DNA of 59,689 bases, counting the filler, from Squatina squatina (taxonomy: Eukaryota): NCBI GenBank assembly GCA_031763465.1. It is 4 parts of 4 records of this genome, joined end to end, with 100 filler letters (N's around TTAATTAATTAA, not from the genome) between each part and the next. Parts side by side here need not be neighbours in the genome. Positions count along the whole stretch, not along the records: positions 13,640 to 29,395 come from JARFOE010000100.1; positions 29,496 to 45,389 come from JARFOE010000120.1; 2 more parts are not named here. One strand, given 5' to 3'. The notes below the pieces were generated by a model. It worked only from the letters and a program-made list of their open reading frames with translations. It was not told where the DNA came from and searched no databases. The translations under genes and the position numbers were made by a program. This document shows positions 23,604 through 35,746 of the stretch, piece after piece (position 1 is the first letter of the stretch; every line of letters begins with the position of its first letter).

Positions 23604-24269
23604 GGGGTGAAATTGGGTATTGCCCCGTTTGGGACATTAACTTGCAAAAGTTAAAAAAATTAACGCCAGGCGCTAATTATTTCAAACTTTTCAAAAATTC
23701 GGCGTTTGCAATCAGTGCAATCAGCAGCAGGCGGGGCGGTGAGTTCAGTAGTGCTGCACACTGGGCCGTGCTGCGTTGAAAGGCTCCTTCCCTCCCCTAA
23801 AGGGAAGAGCCATCACTGCCGGCTCTGCAAAAGAAGAAATTACCTTCTCCCCAGTGGCAGCTGCGATCCGGCCCGATCAGCCCGATGCACTGCAGCAGAG
23901 TGCCGGGCTGATTCATCACTGGCAAAGCAGATCTGAAAAGACTTGAAACAGAGGAGTGAATTCTGTTTTTACTTTCCTCGGCCACCTTGCCCTTAAGTAT
24001 TGCCTCCGAAGCACCCGGCCTCCCGACGAACGCCTCCTGCAGCTGCCGGTGATGCTGTAGGGATTGGAACCGAAGTTCGGGTCCAGGGCGCTAGGGGATG
24101 ATGTGCATGATGATGACATCATGATCTCCATGCGAAGGAGATCGGGGCACAATGCCATACCACAGCCACAGACCACCTGCTGAACATGGCGAGAATCGAT
24201 CTCGCCCTGTTATCACCCCCCACCCCAGAGGTAATAACGGGAGGCGCTAAGGAGGCCAATTTCTGGGCC
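23604..24269. mobile_element. GC-rich non-autonomous DNA transposon with Harbinger-like ends
   Basis: Ends GGGGTGAAATTGG ... CCAATTTCTGGGCC. The internal part (about 23715-23930) has an inverted homolog at about 33280-33490. Confidence 0.7.
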
Positions 24270-25039
24270 AATAAGTCCCAACCATAATAACTATGGTTTG
24301 GTTTTACTGAAGATAAGAAGAGTGGTTAGTGGTACTCAACATTAAAACTAACTCCACATAACTGCAGGAGATTTAAAACAAAGCTTGCAACGAGCAAAAA
24401 GTAAAATAAGCATTATTTACATTACTTTGCTCCATATGAGCCTAATAATGGCTATGATTAACATTGGGTGAAAACATAAGTACATCAGCTAAGGTCAAAA
24501 CTCAATGGTTATTTGTGGGGCACGTTGTCATTATTAGACTGAGGGAAAAACATGTTAAGTGAAGTATCATGGAACCATCAAAACTTTACTAGCATTAATA
24601 TGTAAGATGTCCTTGGAGTATCTGTTCAAAGAAAATACAAGCTATTTACACAGATAAATGAAAAACAATTTGCAAAGCTTTTCAATTGTGAGAGAATTAA
24701 ACTTTGGCCCTCCATTGAAAAATTTATGACAAACTAAACATGCCCTTTCCATGTTTCTTTCAATGGCCTTTTTAATGCCTGTTGAACGCACAATATTTTA
24801 TTAATGCCGAGTTTTGCCGCTGCTTTATATCTGCACTATTTTTNNNNNNNNNNNNNNNNNNNNNNNNNNNNNNNNNNNNNNNNNNNNNNNNNNNNNNNNN
24901 NNNNNNNNNNNNNNNNNNNNNNNNNNNNNNNNNNNNNNNNNNNTATCTGTATGCCCGAGTTACAGACTACAGGTAAAATGTAACTAATTATTCCACTCTG
25001 GTTTAGTTTGGACATGTCCCAATGTCAGTTTTTGTATGA

Positions 25040-25367
25040 GCAACCACGCCTCAAAGTTGTCAGTACTGTCCATCTCAGGCAAGATGTTAAACCAAGGCTT
25101 CATCAGCTCTCTCAGCTGGATATAAGAGATCTCATGACACTATGTGAAAAGCAGGGGAGTTCCCCTGATGTTCAGCCAACATTTATTGCTCATCCAAGAA
25201 GATCAAAAGCAGATTAATGGGTCATTCATCTTATTGGTGTATGCAGTACCTTGTTGTATGCAAATTGGGTGCTGTATTTACTTACAAAATAGAGACTACA
25301 AAGTGATTCATTGGCCGTAATGTCCTGAGAACAGGAAAAGCACTGCATAAATGTAAGTTTGTTCTTT
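25040..25367 (+). mobile_element. Degenerate Deu-domain SINE
   Basis: gatgttaaaccaagg...gatctcatgacactat...agcaggggagttcccc...gccaacatttat...cactgcataaatgtaagtttgttcttt. Confidence 0.75.
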
Positions 25368-26659
25368 AATTTGTGAGCCTCAATAGTAGGAGGCTGTGTG
25401 CCTGCCACAGGAATAGCTCGTAGCATGGAATGTCTTCATAGGGGACAGTGCCAGCGTTTGAAAACAAGATATACTGATTTGATGATCAATGGGGATACAG
25501 TTTACCCCTCTTAAACTGAAGTTGCTTCATTTGAATTAATTGTTAATTCCAATTGAAATCACACAAAATATGGCTCAGGTGCTGTTTTATTAAAATTGCT
25601 TAATTCAAACTACTAAATAATTTGCTCAGTCTCAGATAAATATAGCAGTTGTGCAAATACTATACATCTCTTGTACTGAATGTTGCCAGTGGTATGTTCA
25701 AGAAAAAGAAGTCTTAAATTGGAACAAATGGACCTGATGTCCCAGGAGGTTGCTGTCAACTGTGATCTGCAGGGGCCGCCTTGCAAGCTGTAATGTACAC
25801 ATCTGGGCACTTTTCTGTGCTGCAGGACACTGAGCAGAAATCCTGGACAATAACATGGGAAGTATTATGGTGCCATTCCCCTGTTATTTACATAAAATTG
25901 AAATGTCCCCAGCCTACTTTGGGTGAGAGTTTCTTGCCCACACCAAGGTTTCCTCAGAAAATGTGTAACAAGCAGAGACCCAGAAATAAGGGGCATTGAG
26001 GTTGAGGAATATTGCTACGCATATGTGACTCATGAGATTCGGTGCTAGAGAGGATTCCTCCCAAAGTTCCAGGAAGTTAATTCCACTGCCTTTAGAAAGA
26101 GGAAATATGAATAAATTTACAGAAGTTTCTTTTATAGAAAATTATTAGTTATTTATTTTATTTAAATTCAGGTTAAACTATAGACGTATGTATAATTGCA
26201 AATATTAATACTGGAGTGATTTGTTTAGTTGTATATTTTTTACTTGGACAAATATAATTTATGTAAGATTTATGATGATGTTTTAAAATGAAAAGTTATT
26301 TTGTGCCATGCACATCAACATGGCACCTTCAGGAGAGAAGAGAACTGGGAAAGGCAAAGTAACTTCATTTAACTTGTAATCAATTTACAATACAAATTTT
26401 TTTGCTTTGGATATTTTTTATACTACTGAAGTAAAAGAATTGCATCCAGCACTTCCCTATGACATNNNNNNNNNNCATTTTATTTATATTCAAATAAAGT
26501 AACAGATTAACTTTCAATCTAGCAATGTAAATCTCATATCCACAATTTCTGAAATTATCTGCAACAGGTCCCTGTTTTATACAGGTGGTTTGGATTGTAA
26601 AAGGTCACAAGTATAAAATATTTGTTACACCCTTCAAATCAAATGTACATATTTTTCAA

Positions 26660-27275
26660 AGGGATCAATCTCTGATTGGTGAGTGGTGACAAGCGGTGAT
26701 CCCCAGGGATCAACTTTTCACCATATATATATTAATAACTTGAATGAAGTAATAGCGAGTTGTATAATCAAGTTTCCAGAGGACACTAAGTTAGGTGGCA
26801 CAGTAAGTTGCGTAAATGGGAGCAGGAAGTTACAACGATTCAGTCCAGATTCAGCAGAATGATACTGGGGCTGAAAGAGTTACATTATGAGGACAGGTTG
26901 CATAAACTTGTATTCCTTTGTGTTTAGAAGACTGAGGGATGACCTAATCGAGGTGTTTAAAATGAAAAAGCAATTCAATTGAGTAGCTACAGAAAAATTA
27001 TTTCCTCTGATGGTGACACCCAGAACAAGGGGACATAATCCTAAAATTAGAGCTAGGCCAGTTAGCACAATGGATAGTTTCAGATTGGGGCTCTCTCCCC
27101 AAAAGGCTGTCGATGCTGGGACAATTGAAATGCTCAATGAGCAATAGATTTTTGTTAGGTAAGTGTATCACGGGATGTGGATCAAAGGCAATTAAATGGA
27201 GTTGAGGTACAAACCTCAATGTATAACAGGGTCAAGGGGCTGAATGGCATACTCCAGTTGCTATCTTCCTATGGT
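26660..27275 (+). mobile_element. Degenerate, internally deleted CR1 LINE 3' region
   Basis: caagtttccagaggacactaagttaggtgg (KFADDTKLGG-like) ... agaacaaggggacataat ... aggggctgaatggcatactcc. Confidence 0.85.
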
Positions 27276-27879
27276 CCTAGTAATGCAGTTAGGTAATTGC
27301 ACTGAGGTCTACGGTAGGAAACTTTAGTCTACAACAGTGCAGGGAACAGTCACTAGTTGACTGCTATAATTATTTATTATTGAAAAGTGAGATTGTAAAA
27401 TGTTTTCATTTACAAATCTAAGTTCTTTCAAAAGTGCAGGCGGTGCATTTATTAATGCTGGTCTAATCGAGCATTAATTCCACACCTTGCTGAACCCTAT
27501 AGCCACACTGAAAGACTGCATCGTGTCTATAGTTGTTTGGATCCATGCCCTCTCCCTCAAGTGACAACTCTTTACATGGTGCCAAGAACATTTTGTGCTG
27601 AAATGTCAAATTTCAAATTGGCAAAAGGATTTCCTGATTTTCCGCCTGGCAGAAATCAAAGGCAGAGTTTATCAGTGCCTGGGAAAGAGCCTTCCAATTT
27701 TTAAATCTAGTTCAGGGTCTTTTAAGGTCAATTATCTTTCCAACGATTGCTGTGTTTTTAATTCTTTCTCCAGATGAGCGCAGGAGGTACATTCTTGAAG
27801 TACCTCTTCACTGCTACCCAATTCTTCTAATGCACTCTACAACACTTAGAAAGCTAAAAAGCAAGAACGATCAGCAAAA

Positions 27880-28130
27880 ATTTAAGGTCATCGCCAAAAG
27901 GACAAAGGGAGAGATTAAAAGATTTTTTTTACGTAGAGGGTGGTTGGGACATGGAACGCCCTGTCATACATGGTGTTGAAAGCAGAATCCATAATAGTTT
28001 TTAAAAGGAAAACGGAGAAACATTTGAAAAAAGAAAATTAAAAGGGTGTCGGGAAAGGATTGGGAAATAGCACCAAGTGGATCGCTCTTTCAGAGAGCTG
28101 GCACAGGTGCGATGACCTCCTTCTATACTG
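27880..28130 (+). mobile_element. CR1 3' fragment
   Basis: tttttttacgtagagggtggttgggacatggaacgccctg...gcagaatccataatagtttttaaaagg. Confidence 0.7.
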
Positions 28131-29169
28131 TAAAACTTTGATTTATAAAGTCTCATGTTTGGTGCTAGAAAATCAATGTTAATATCTCTCATTAACAAAT
28201 TGTATTTAAGGTTAATTTTTTATATCTTAAACTTGCAAATGATCTGTATTTCACTATTGAAGAATGCATTCCTCACTGACTGTAGCCATTTTGTCTGCTA
28301 CCTGGTCAGCAGACAGCAGAGTGCTGTCGTCGAAAGAATTCCCACTATATTAGCTATTATAGTTTTCCTAATAAAGAAATATAATCCTTCCTGCGCAGTA
28401 ATGGATAAAAAAGATGTGTGCTTATGGTGGCATGAAAGCAGGGCTGTGGAGATTATTTTTAATAGGTTACAGCTACAACTTTATTGAAACATTCTCTTGT
28501 TCAGTTTAGAAATTAAGTGGAAATAGAAAGCAAAGCTAGCTATTTACTTTCAGCACTGGCTACATCAAACATTTCAGGCAGACATAGTTTCCACATCCAG
28601 ATGTATAGTCAGCACATTCTCTCAGTCAGGCTGGCTGAGCTGAAGCAACCCCTAGCGCATACATCTGTTCAACTTTACCTNNNNNNNNNNGCATTCATAT
28701 GCTAACCTGATGAACAGAGCTTACATCCTTAAAAGCAGCAAGCACCCATTCAGCAGCCTATTTATTCCATATCCTTCTGTAGGAATGAATACTGCTTTTG
28801 AGTTTGTTATTTTTTTTGGCGCCTTTCATTCATTACGTCTAAAATGGTTATAGAAAGGATGTTATTATATGGAATGCTGCCACATTTGCAAAGCGCAAAA
28901 CCAGGCAGGGAATAGGTTAGAGGTGGGAAGCGGGTGGGACATTTGCTTTGCTTCTGATGAAAATTCATTGACAAAAAATAACAAGCATTGCTTCCTCAGA
29001 AGTAAGTGGAGAAAACTGTCTTGCATTTTGAAAACCAGACCTTTTATGTTTAGAAATCTCTGAACAGCCTGTTGAAAAAAAAAGACAGTTTTGATTCTGC
29101 GAAGAGTAACACTCATACTATAAAGGCAATTTGCAGACAGTTCTAATATCCTTCTCGTTAACATTCCAG

Positions 29170-29228
29170 CATCATGGATCGGGAGGTCGCATTGATGACA
29201 GAAATGGATAAAGTCAAAAAGGAAGCCA
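29170..29228 (+). CDS. SPATS2L: SPATS2L exon
   Basis: attccag acceptor, 59 nt, gtaagt donor; (C)IMDREVALMTEMDKVKKEA, in phase with 23378-23513. Confidence 0.93.
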
Positions 29229-29395
29229 GTAAGTAATTGTCAGCGTTTCCTTTATCACAGCTGGTTGAATGAAACCTTTAAAACCTGTTTTAAGATTCCG
29301 TTTTCCCTCTGTCAGTTCTACCATTAGATGTTTAACTCTTTGCGCATTCATAAAGAAGACTTGCTTTTATATAGCGCCTTTCACAAACTCAGGAT

Positions 29396-29495
29396 NNNNN
29401 NNNNNNNNNNNNNNNNNNNNNNNNNNNNNNNNNNNNNNNTTAATTAATTAANNNNNNNNNNNNNNNNNNNNNNNNNNNNNNNNNNNNNNNNNNNN
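29396..29495. other. Artificial scaffold-joining spacer
   Basis: N44-TTAATTAATTAA (29440-29451)-N44. Confidence 0.97.
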
Positions 29496-29840
29496 GGAGC
29501 AATTAAAATTGGGGATGTATAGAAGGCCAGAATTGGAGGACCGCAGAGATGTCGGAGAGTTGTAGAGCTGGAGGAGATTACGGAGATAGGGAGAGGCGAG
29601 GCCAAGGAGGGATTTGAAAACAATTAGGAGAATTTTAAAATTGAGGTGTTGCCGGATCGGGAACCAGTGTAGGTCAGCGAGCACAGGGGTGATGGGTAAA
29701 CGGGACTTGATGCGAGTTAAGATACGAGCAGCGGAGTTTTGGATGAGCTCAAGAGGATGCAAGGTGGGAGGCTGAGCAGGAGAGCATTGGAATAGTCGAG
29801 TCTAGAGGTAAAAAAGGCATGGATGAGGGTTTCAGCAGTG
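29496..29840 (-). mobile_element. L2 LINE ORF2 C-terminal fragment
   Basis: LELIQNSAARILTRIKSRLPITPVLADLHWFPIRQHLNFKILLIVFKSLLGLASPYL carries the L2 QNSAAR, ITPVL..LHW.P and FKIL motifs. Confidence 0.92.
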
Positions 29841-30139
29841 GATGTGCTTATCTTACTGGAGAGAAACCAAGGGTCTTCACCACAAAGCTGTGAACTTTAC
29901 TATTTATAAAGGAGGAAAATATATCCCATGATATCTGGTGCAGCATTCAGTTTAATAATTACAGCCCACTGAAATGTCAAACAAAGCATTGCTTTCTCCA
30001 TCAGATTAAATTAAATTGTGCTTATTAGATAATTCATATCATGTATTATTTATTCCTCTAAAATGTAAAGCATACATTTAAATAGGGACATAATGAATAC
30101 AAATTACTTGTGCTGAAAAACTGAACATTAAAGTAATTA

Positions 30140-30562
30140 GAAGCAGGAATAGGCCATTTAGCCCCTCGAGCCTGTTCTGCCGTTCAATGAGATCATGGCT
30201 GATCTGTGACCTAACTCCTTTGCCCAAAATCCCTTAATATCTTTGGTGAATAAAAATTTATCAATCACAGATTTAAAATTAACGTTTGGCCAAGCATCAA
30301 TTGCCGTTTGCGGCAGAGAGTTCCAAACTTCTACCATCCTTTGTGTGTAGAAGTGTTTCCTAACTTCACTCCTGAAAGGCCTGACTCTAATTTTTAGACT
30401 ATGCCCCCTAGTCCTAGAATCCCCAAGCAGCGGAAATAGCTTCTCTCTATCTACCCTATCTGCTCCCCTTAATATCTTAAAAACTTTGATCACCTTTTAA
30501 CCTTCTAAATTCTAGGGAATACAACCCTAGTTTGTGTAACCGCTCCTCGTAATTTAACCCTT
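30140..30562 (-). mobile_element. CR1 LINE 3' end
   Basis: IKVFKILRGADRVDREKLFPLLGDSRTRGHSLKIRVRPFRSEVRKHFYTQRMVEVWNSLP followed by the CR1 3' UTR. Confidence 0.93.
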
Positions 30563-31472
30563 GAGGAAATGTTTAGTTACTTTTCTTCTCCTTTCTTCTT
30601 TCCCAAATACCTCAGCCAAAAACCAGTGACATTTGCCCAAACTATATCATCCGACGTTGATAGCTGTTGGATCCATTGGTAACGAGGATGAGTTTGTTGA
30701 AGGAGTAACCATAACATTCAGTTACAAAACACCTTAAACAGGCTCAATGTTCCCAGGTGCTTTACAGCGGGGAGAAAAAAAACAGATAATCAGACTGATA
30801 CGAATGAACCCCGCGGTTATTAACAGGGCTGCTGAACACTGACAGTCAGATAGCTCCTGTTTTTTCTATAATCTCCAGAAGTCGTTTGTCTTTACAAACA
30901 GTGACAATCACCNNNNNNNNNNNNNNNNNNNNNNNNNNNNNNNNNNNNNNNNNNNNNNNNNNNNNNNNNNNNNNNNNNNNNNNNNNNNNNNNNNNNNNNN
31001 NNNNNNNNNNNNGAAACCTTTGGGATCACTTATTCTTTCTTTAAATTTATAATGATTGCAGCCTTATCATGTGACAAAACACAGGGGCCATAATTCAACA
31101 CTTAACAGCTAATCAGAATTTCTTGTGTCTACAAATGTTTCAAACTCGTTCCCAGAGCTGTCTAGCTATAGGTTCTGTTAATTTGATTTCTGGATGCAGT
31201 TTCAGCAATATTGAGCAATAATAGAAGCTTTGTATGCCTCTGTATTGCAGCAACAAAGAATAAGATACAATACAAATCTACTTACAGACCACTCAATTTA
31301 TGTCTTAACTGTCAAAATCATTATTTCTGTGCATTTTCCTCCTTGCACAGCTGTTTTATGCTGTCAATTTGTGATTAGTTAGCAAATGCAAAATTTAGAA
31401 CAAAAGCTGAATCTGATGATTCTTTTCCCCCGCCACTAATTGTATGAATTTTTCATGTGTTTTATTCTCTAG

Positions 31473-31604
31473 GAGGGAGAGTGAAATGAGAATTCCTAAT
31501 GGCTGGCTGTGTCATCTAGCTCCTGAAATCATACAACAACTCTCTCCCTCTACAGATGAAGACAAACTCCCGTTCTCCAAGCAATCAGATGTATTTGCAT
31601 TTGG
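31473..31604 (+). CDS. KSR2: Kinase suppressor of Ras 2 exon (kinase C-lobe, LAPE motif)
   Basis: ttctctag acceptor, 132 nt, gttagt donor; RESEMRIPNGWLCHLAPEIIQQLSPSTDEDKLPFSKQSDVFAF(G), close to recalled human KSR2 NGWLCHLAPEIIRQLSPDTEEDKLPFSKHSDVFALG. Confidence 0.94.
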
Positions 31605-32045
31605 GTTAGTTCATTGCTGTATCATAAGATGAGCACTGTGGTGCCTGGTTTGAAAAAAAAATTGCAAAGAAAAATAAGTCTTATTTGGTATTGTGAACAG
31701 AGCTGGGAAGATGCAATGTAAGATGATTATGCCAAGTGTGGCGATACCAATAACCAGCTAAAAAACACACATTCCTGCAGCATTGCACACAGGGAGTTAC
31801 GACTAAGTGTAGTCTTCAGTTGAATCCCATTGCTAATCTGATACCCATTGAGCTCTTTTATTGAAGGAGTTAATTTATACAGCATTAATTGCTTTTGTTG
31901 AAATTCTGTTAATCACTACTCTGTGGGATAATTTAAAAAAAAACTCGAATCTCGAGGGTTCTTAAGCTATTAGAAGCATAACAATATCTTCATATGGAAA
32001 GTAACCAGTTAAAGGGAAATAATGCAGGTTTTAAGTGAATACATA

Positions 32046-32296
32046 CACTGGGGCCCACTATAACGCGGCTCACTATAGCGCGAAACTCAGTATTAACGCG
32101 ATTCCGTCTTGGACCTGAAAATTTTCGCGATGTGTTCAACATAATGTATTATGGATAAAGGACCAACAGTATTCTACACATGTACATGCTCTGCACATTA
32201 TTCAGTATCATCAGTTGAAACGATAAACGTGGTCTCACTTGTAATGTGGTCTCACGATATGGACCCCCTGGACCGCGTTATTGCGGGGCCTCAGTG
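32046..32296. mobile_element. 251-bp MITE with TA flanks (Tc1/mariner-pogo/Tigger-like)
   Basis: ta|CACTGGGGCCCACTATAACGCGG ... CCGCGTTATTGCGGGGCCTCAGTG|ta, with subterminal TAACGCG-like repeats. Confidence 0.85.
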
Positions 32297-33707
32297 TATA
32301 TGACTCCTTAAGGAGCCAATTAATATGGTTCATGTCACTGTGCAATTTGGTGCAGTCAGATGTACACTAGCTTCATCGCATTGTGTAACATTAGGCACAG
32401 TGAGTGGAGGCAAAGGGCCCCCAAATGTCAATATTTTAGATGCTATACATCAGAAAGATTTATAATAAGACAGTGCTACATGATACAAGTTGAGTCCCCC
32501 ACATTTCACAAGTGGTGATTTATTTATTTTGTTTGAGTCACTTGGAGATGGAAGAGAAAGCCAATAAAAAAAGGGAATTTTTCCATGGAAAGGAGCATTG
32601 GGCAGGGTGTAAAACAGGGTGCCGATTCACTATTGCCTGTTCTACACCAGCACCTGAGACCAATATCACCGCCATTATGTCTGCACATTTGTTAGATTTG
32701 CCTGCTTTTCCCAGTCTGAATCCGCAGGGAGACAGAATAAGGACAGCACTGGCTCTGGCTCTGGCTCAAAATTTGANNNNNNNNNNNNNNNNNNNNNNNN
32801 NNNNNNNNNNNNNNNNNNNNNNNNNNNNNNNNNNNNNNNNNNNNNNNNNNNNNNNNNNNNNNNNNNNNNNNNNNNNNNNNNNNNNNNNNNNNNNNNNNNN
32901 NNNNNNNNNNNNNNNNNNNNNNNNNNNNNNNNNNNNNNNNNNNNNNNNNNNNNNNNNNNNNNNNNNNNNNNNNNNNNNNNNNNNNNNNNNNNNNNNNNNN
33001 NNNNNNNNNNNNNNNNNNNNNNNNNNNNNNNNNNNNNNNNNNNNNNNNNNNNNNNNNNNNNNNNNNNNNNNNNNNNNNNNNNNNNNNNNNNNNNNNNNNN
33101 NNNNNNNNNNNNNNNNNNNNNNNNNNNNNNNNNNNNNNNNNNNNNNNNNNNNNNNNNNNNNNNNNNNNNNNNNNNNNNNNNNNNNNNNNNNNNNNNNNNN
33201 NNNNNNNNNNNNNNNNNNNNNNNNNNNNNNNAGTTAAGTTTAAAAAAAAATGTAACTGCTCTCCTTCAGGTTTGTTGCTGCTCTTCTTTGCCCGCGATCA
33301 ATCAGCTCGGCGCTCTGCTTCAGTGTATTGGGCTGATCGGGCCGGATCGCGGCTACCATCAAGGAGAAGGTAAGTTTTTTATTTTGCAGAGCCTTTAAGG
33401 GAGGGAAGGAGCCTTTCAATGCGACAGCACTGCATGGCCCAATGTGCAGTGCTGCTCAACTTACTGCACTGCTTGCTGCCTCTTGCGCTCCATGAAGGAA
33501 GCGCCTGAGTTAGCACTCCACTTCGTGCCTGGAGTGCTGTCCCCAAATCTTTTAAAAGTAGAAAAAGATTAGTGCAATCAAGCCATTCTTGTAAAACATT
33601 TTTGTGCACAGCTTACTCCTGCAAGCCTGTTTCAATTTTACATCTGTACAAATGTTTTGAAAACACAGTACTGTTGGGCTAACTACATTTATTAAATTTT
33701 GTGACAG

Positions 33708-33837
33708 AACCATATGGTACGAGTTGCATGCCCGTGAGTGGCCTTTCAAGAATCAGCCAACAGATGCGATAATATGGCAAGCTGGGCGAGGCATGAAGCC
33801 TAGCCTAAGTCAAATTGGCGTGGGAAAGGAGATTTCG
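33708..33837 (+). CDS. KSR2: KSR2 exon
   Basis: gtgacag acceptor, 130 nt, gtatgt donor; TIWYELHAREWPFKNQPTDAIIWQAGRGMKPSLSQIGVGKEIS, in phase with both neighbours. Confidence 0.95.
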
Positions 33838-35612
33838 GTATGTAGAAACCACACAACCATTGGTTATCTAAAAGTGTTCAGTAATCTTAAAGTACTACAA
33901 AGCAATTTTACAACATATCTCCAGTTTACTTGTAATTAGACAATTTTCCTTTATAAATGAGCACCAATACATTAATACATCTGCCGACAGCAGTCGTGGG
34001 ATTATCCTCTCCATTTTCTTCACATGCTGAGTTTCCAATTTCAGCCAGACTACCTTGGAGAGGTGCTGAATGGGGCTAAGGAAAATTGGACCTCTACTCT
34101 CCAGTTCTCCTAGTGGTTGGTTCAAAACTGCAACAGCAAAGGTTTGAAATAGGTCACCTACCTACCCACTTGGGTTATGGTGAAGGAACCTAAAAAAGAA
34201 GAAAAAGATTAAAAATAGTTTGGCAAAATAATCTACAGTGCATTCTTCCTATTTAATTACTTTTTTTTTGTAATTCATATTTGAAAATACTGCTAATACT
34301 TTATTTCTCTGATTGACCTAATTGATCATTCAAAAAGGCATGGTAGAATACAACACGCAGGTACATCTAAATAGCAGTCAGTGCACACATCTGTATTAGT
34401 ACTATTATTCACCTGTGTTTGCTGAAGGTAAAACACAATCTTTCCAGCAACCTTATGCCGCTTAATTCAGTCAATGCTTAAANNNNNNNNNNNNNNNNNN
34501 NNNNNNNNNNNNNNNNNNNNNNNNNNNNNNNNNNNNNNNNNNNNNNNNNNNNNNNNNNNNNNNNNNNNNNNNNNNNNNNNNNNNNNNNNNNNNNNNNNNN
34601 NNNNNNNNNNNNNNNNNNNNNNNNNNNNNNNNNNNNNNNNNNNNNNNNNNNNNNNNNNNNNNNNNNNNNNNNNNNNNNNNNNNNNNNNNNNNNNNNNNNN
34701 NNNNNNNNNNNNNNNNNNNNNNNNNNNNNNNNNNNNNNNNNNNNNNNNNNNNNNNNNNNNNNNNNNNNNNNNNNNNNNNNNNNNNNNNNNNNNNNNNNNN
34801 NNNNNNNNNNNNNNNNNNNNNNNNNNNNNNNNNNNNNNNNNNNNNNNNNNNNNNNNNNNNNNNNNNNNNNNNNNNNNNNNNNNNNNNNNNNNNNNNNNNN
34901 NNNNNNNNNNNNNNNNNNNNNNNNNNNNNNNNNNNNNNNNNNNNNNNNNNNNNNNNNNNNNNNNNNNNNNNNNNNNNNNNNNNNNNNNNNNNNNNNNNNN
35001 NNNNNNNNNNNNNNNNNNNNNNNNNNNNNNNNNNNNNNNNNNNNNNNNNNNNNNNNNNNNNNNNNNNNNNNNNNNNNNNNNNNNNNNNNNNNNNNNNNNN
35101 NNNNNNNNNNNNNNNNNNNNNNNNNNNNNNNNNNNNNNNNNNNNNNNNNNNNNNNNNNNNNNNNNNNNNNNNNNNNNNNNNNNNNNNNNNNNNNNNNNNN
35201 NNNNNNNNNNNNNNNNNNNNNNNNNNNNNNNNNNNNNNNNNNNNNNNNNNNNNNNNNNNNNNNNNNNATTCCAATAGTTGACAATGATTTTATTACATTT
35301 GTACCATTTGACAACACAACTTTGTAGTCGTAGTATTATTTATAAGTCCAGTTGATTATATATTGCTGAACTTCTAACAATAACGTTTTTGTATTGATGT
35401 TAAAACATCTGTATCTCACAATCTGCTCTGCAGATCCCTATTATAAATCATTTGAGTTTTTCTTTTGCCGCCAATTTAGCTATGTTCCTACTTTAAAACC
35501 TGTTATGGGGTGTGCTAGCTTTTGACCTGTGAGCCCGTGAAAAAAATAAATACATTGTACTGTAATTGATGTTTTTTTAGTCTCGGTGCATCTGTTTCTG
35601 ATTTGATTTCAG

Positions 35613-35746
35613 GATATCCTGCTTTTCTGCTGGGCCTATGAGCAGGAAGAGCGTCCCAGTTTCTCAAAGATCGTGGAGCTGCTTGAGAAACTGCCCAAGC
35701 GAAACCGCCGCCTATCCCACCCTGGACATTTCTGGAAGTCAGCTGA
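35613..35746 (+). CDS. KSR2: KSR2 penultimate coding exon
   Basis: gatttcag acceptor, 134 nt, gtacgt donor; [44 protein letters not shown](E/D). Confidence 0.95.

Noticed and set aside
29350-29840. An L2-type tail and an L2 ORF2 fragment in compatible orientation on either side of the second spacer, suggesting real continuity
   Set aside because: L2 and L2-tailed SINEs are abundant and contigs tend to break in them; the flanking genes belong to unrelated loci.
32512-35317. Long ORFs of 240-290 aa in the ORF track (also 49410-50291)
   Set aside because: They consist almost entirely of X residues from N gaps.
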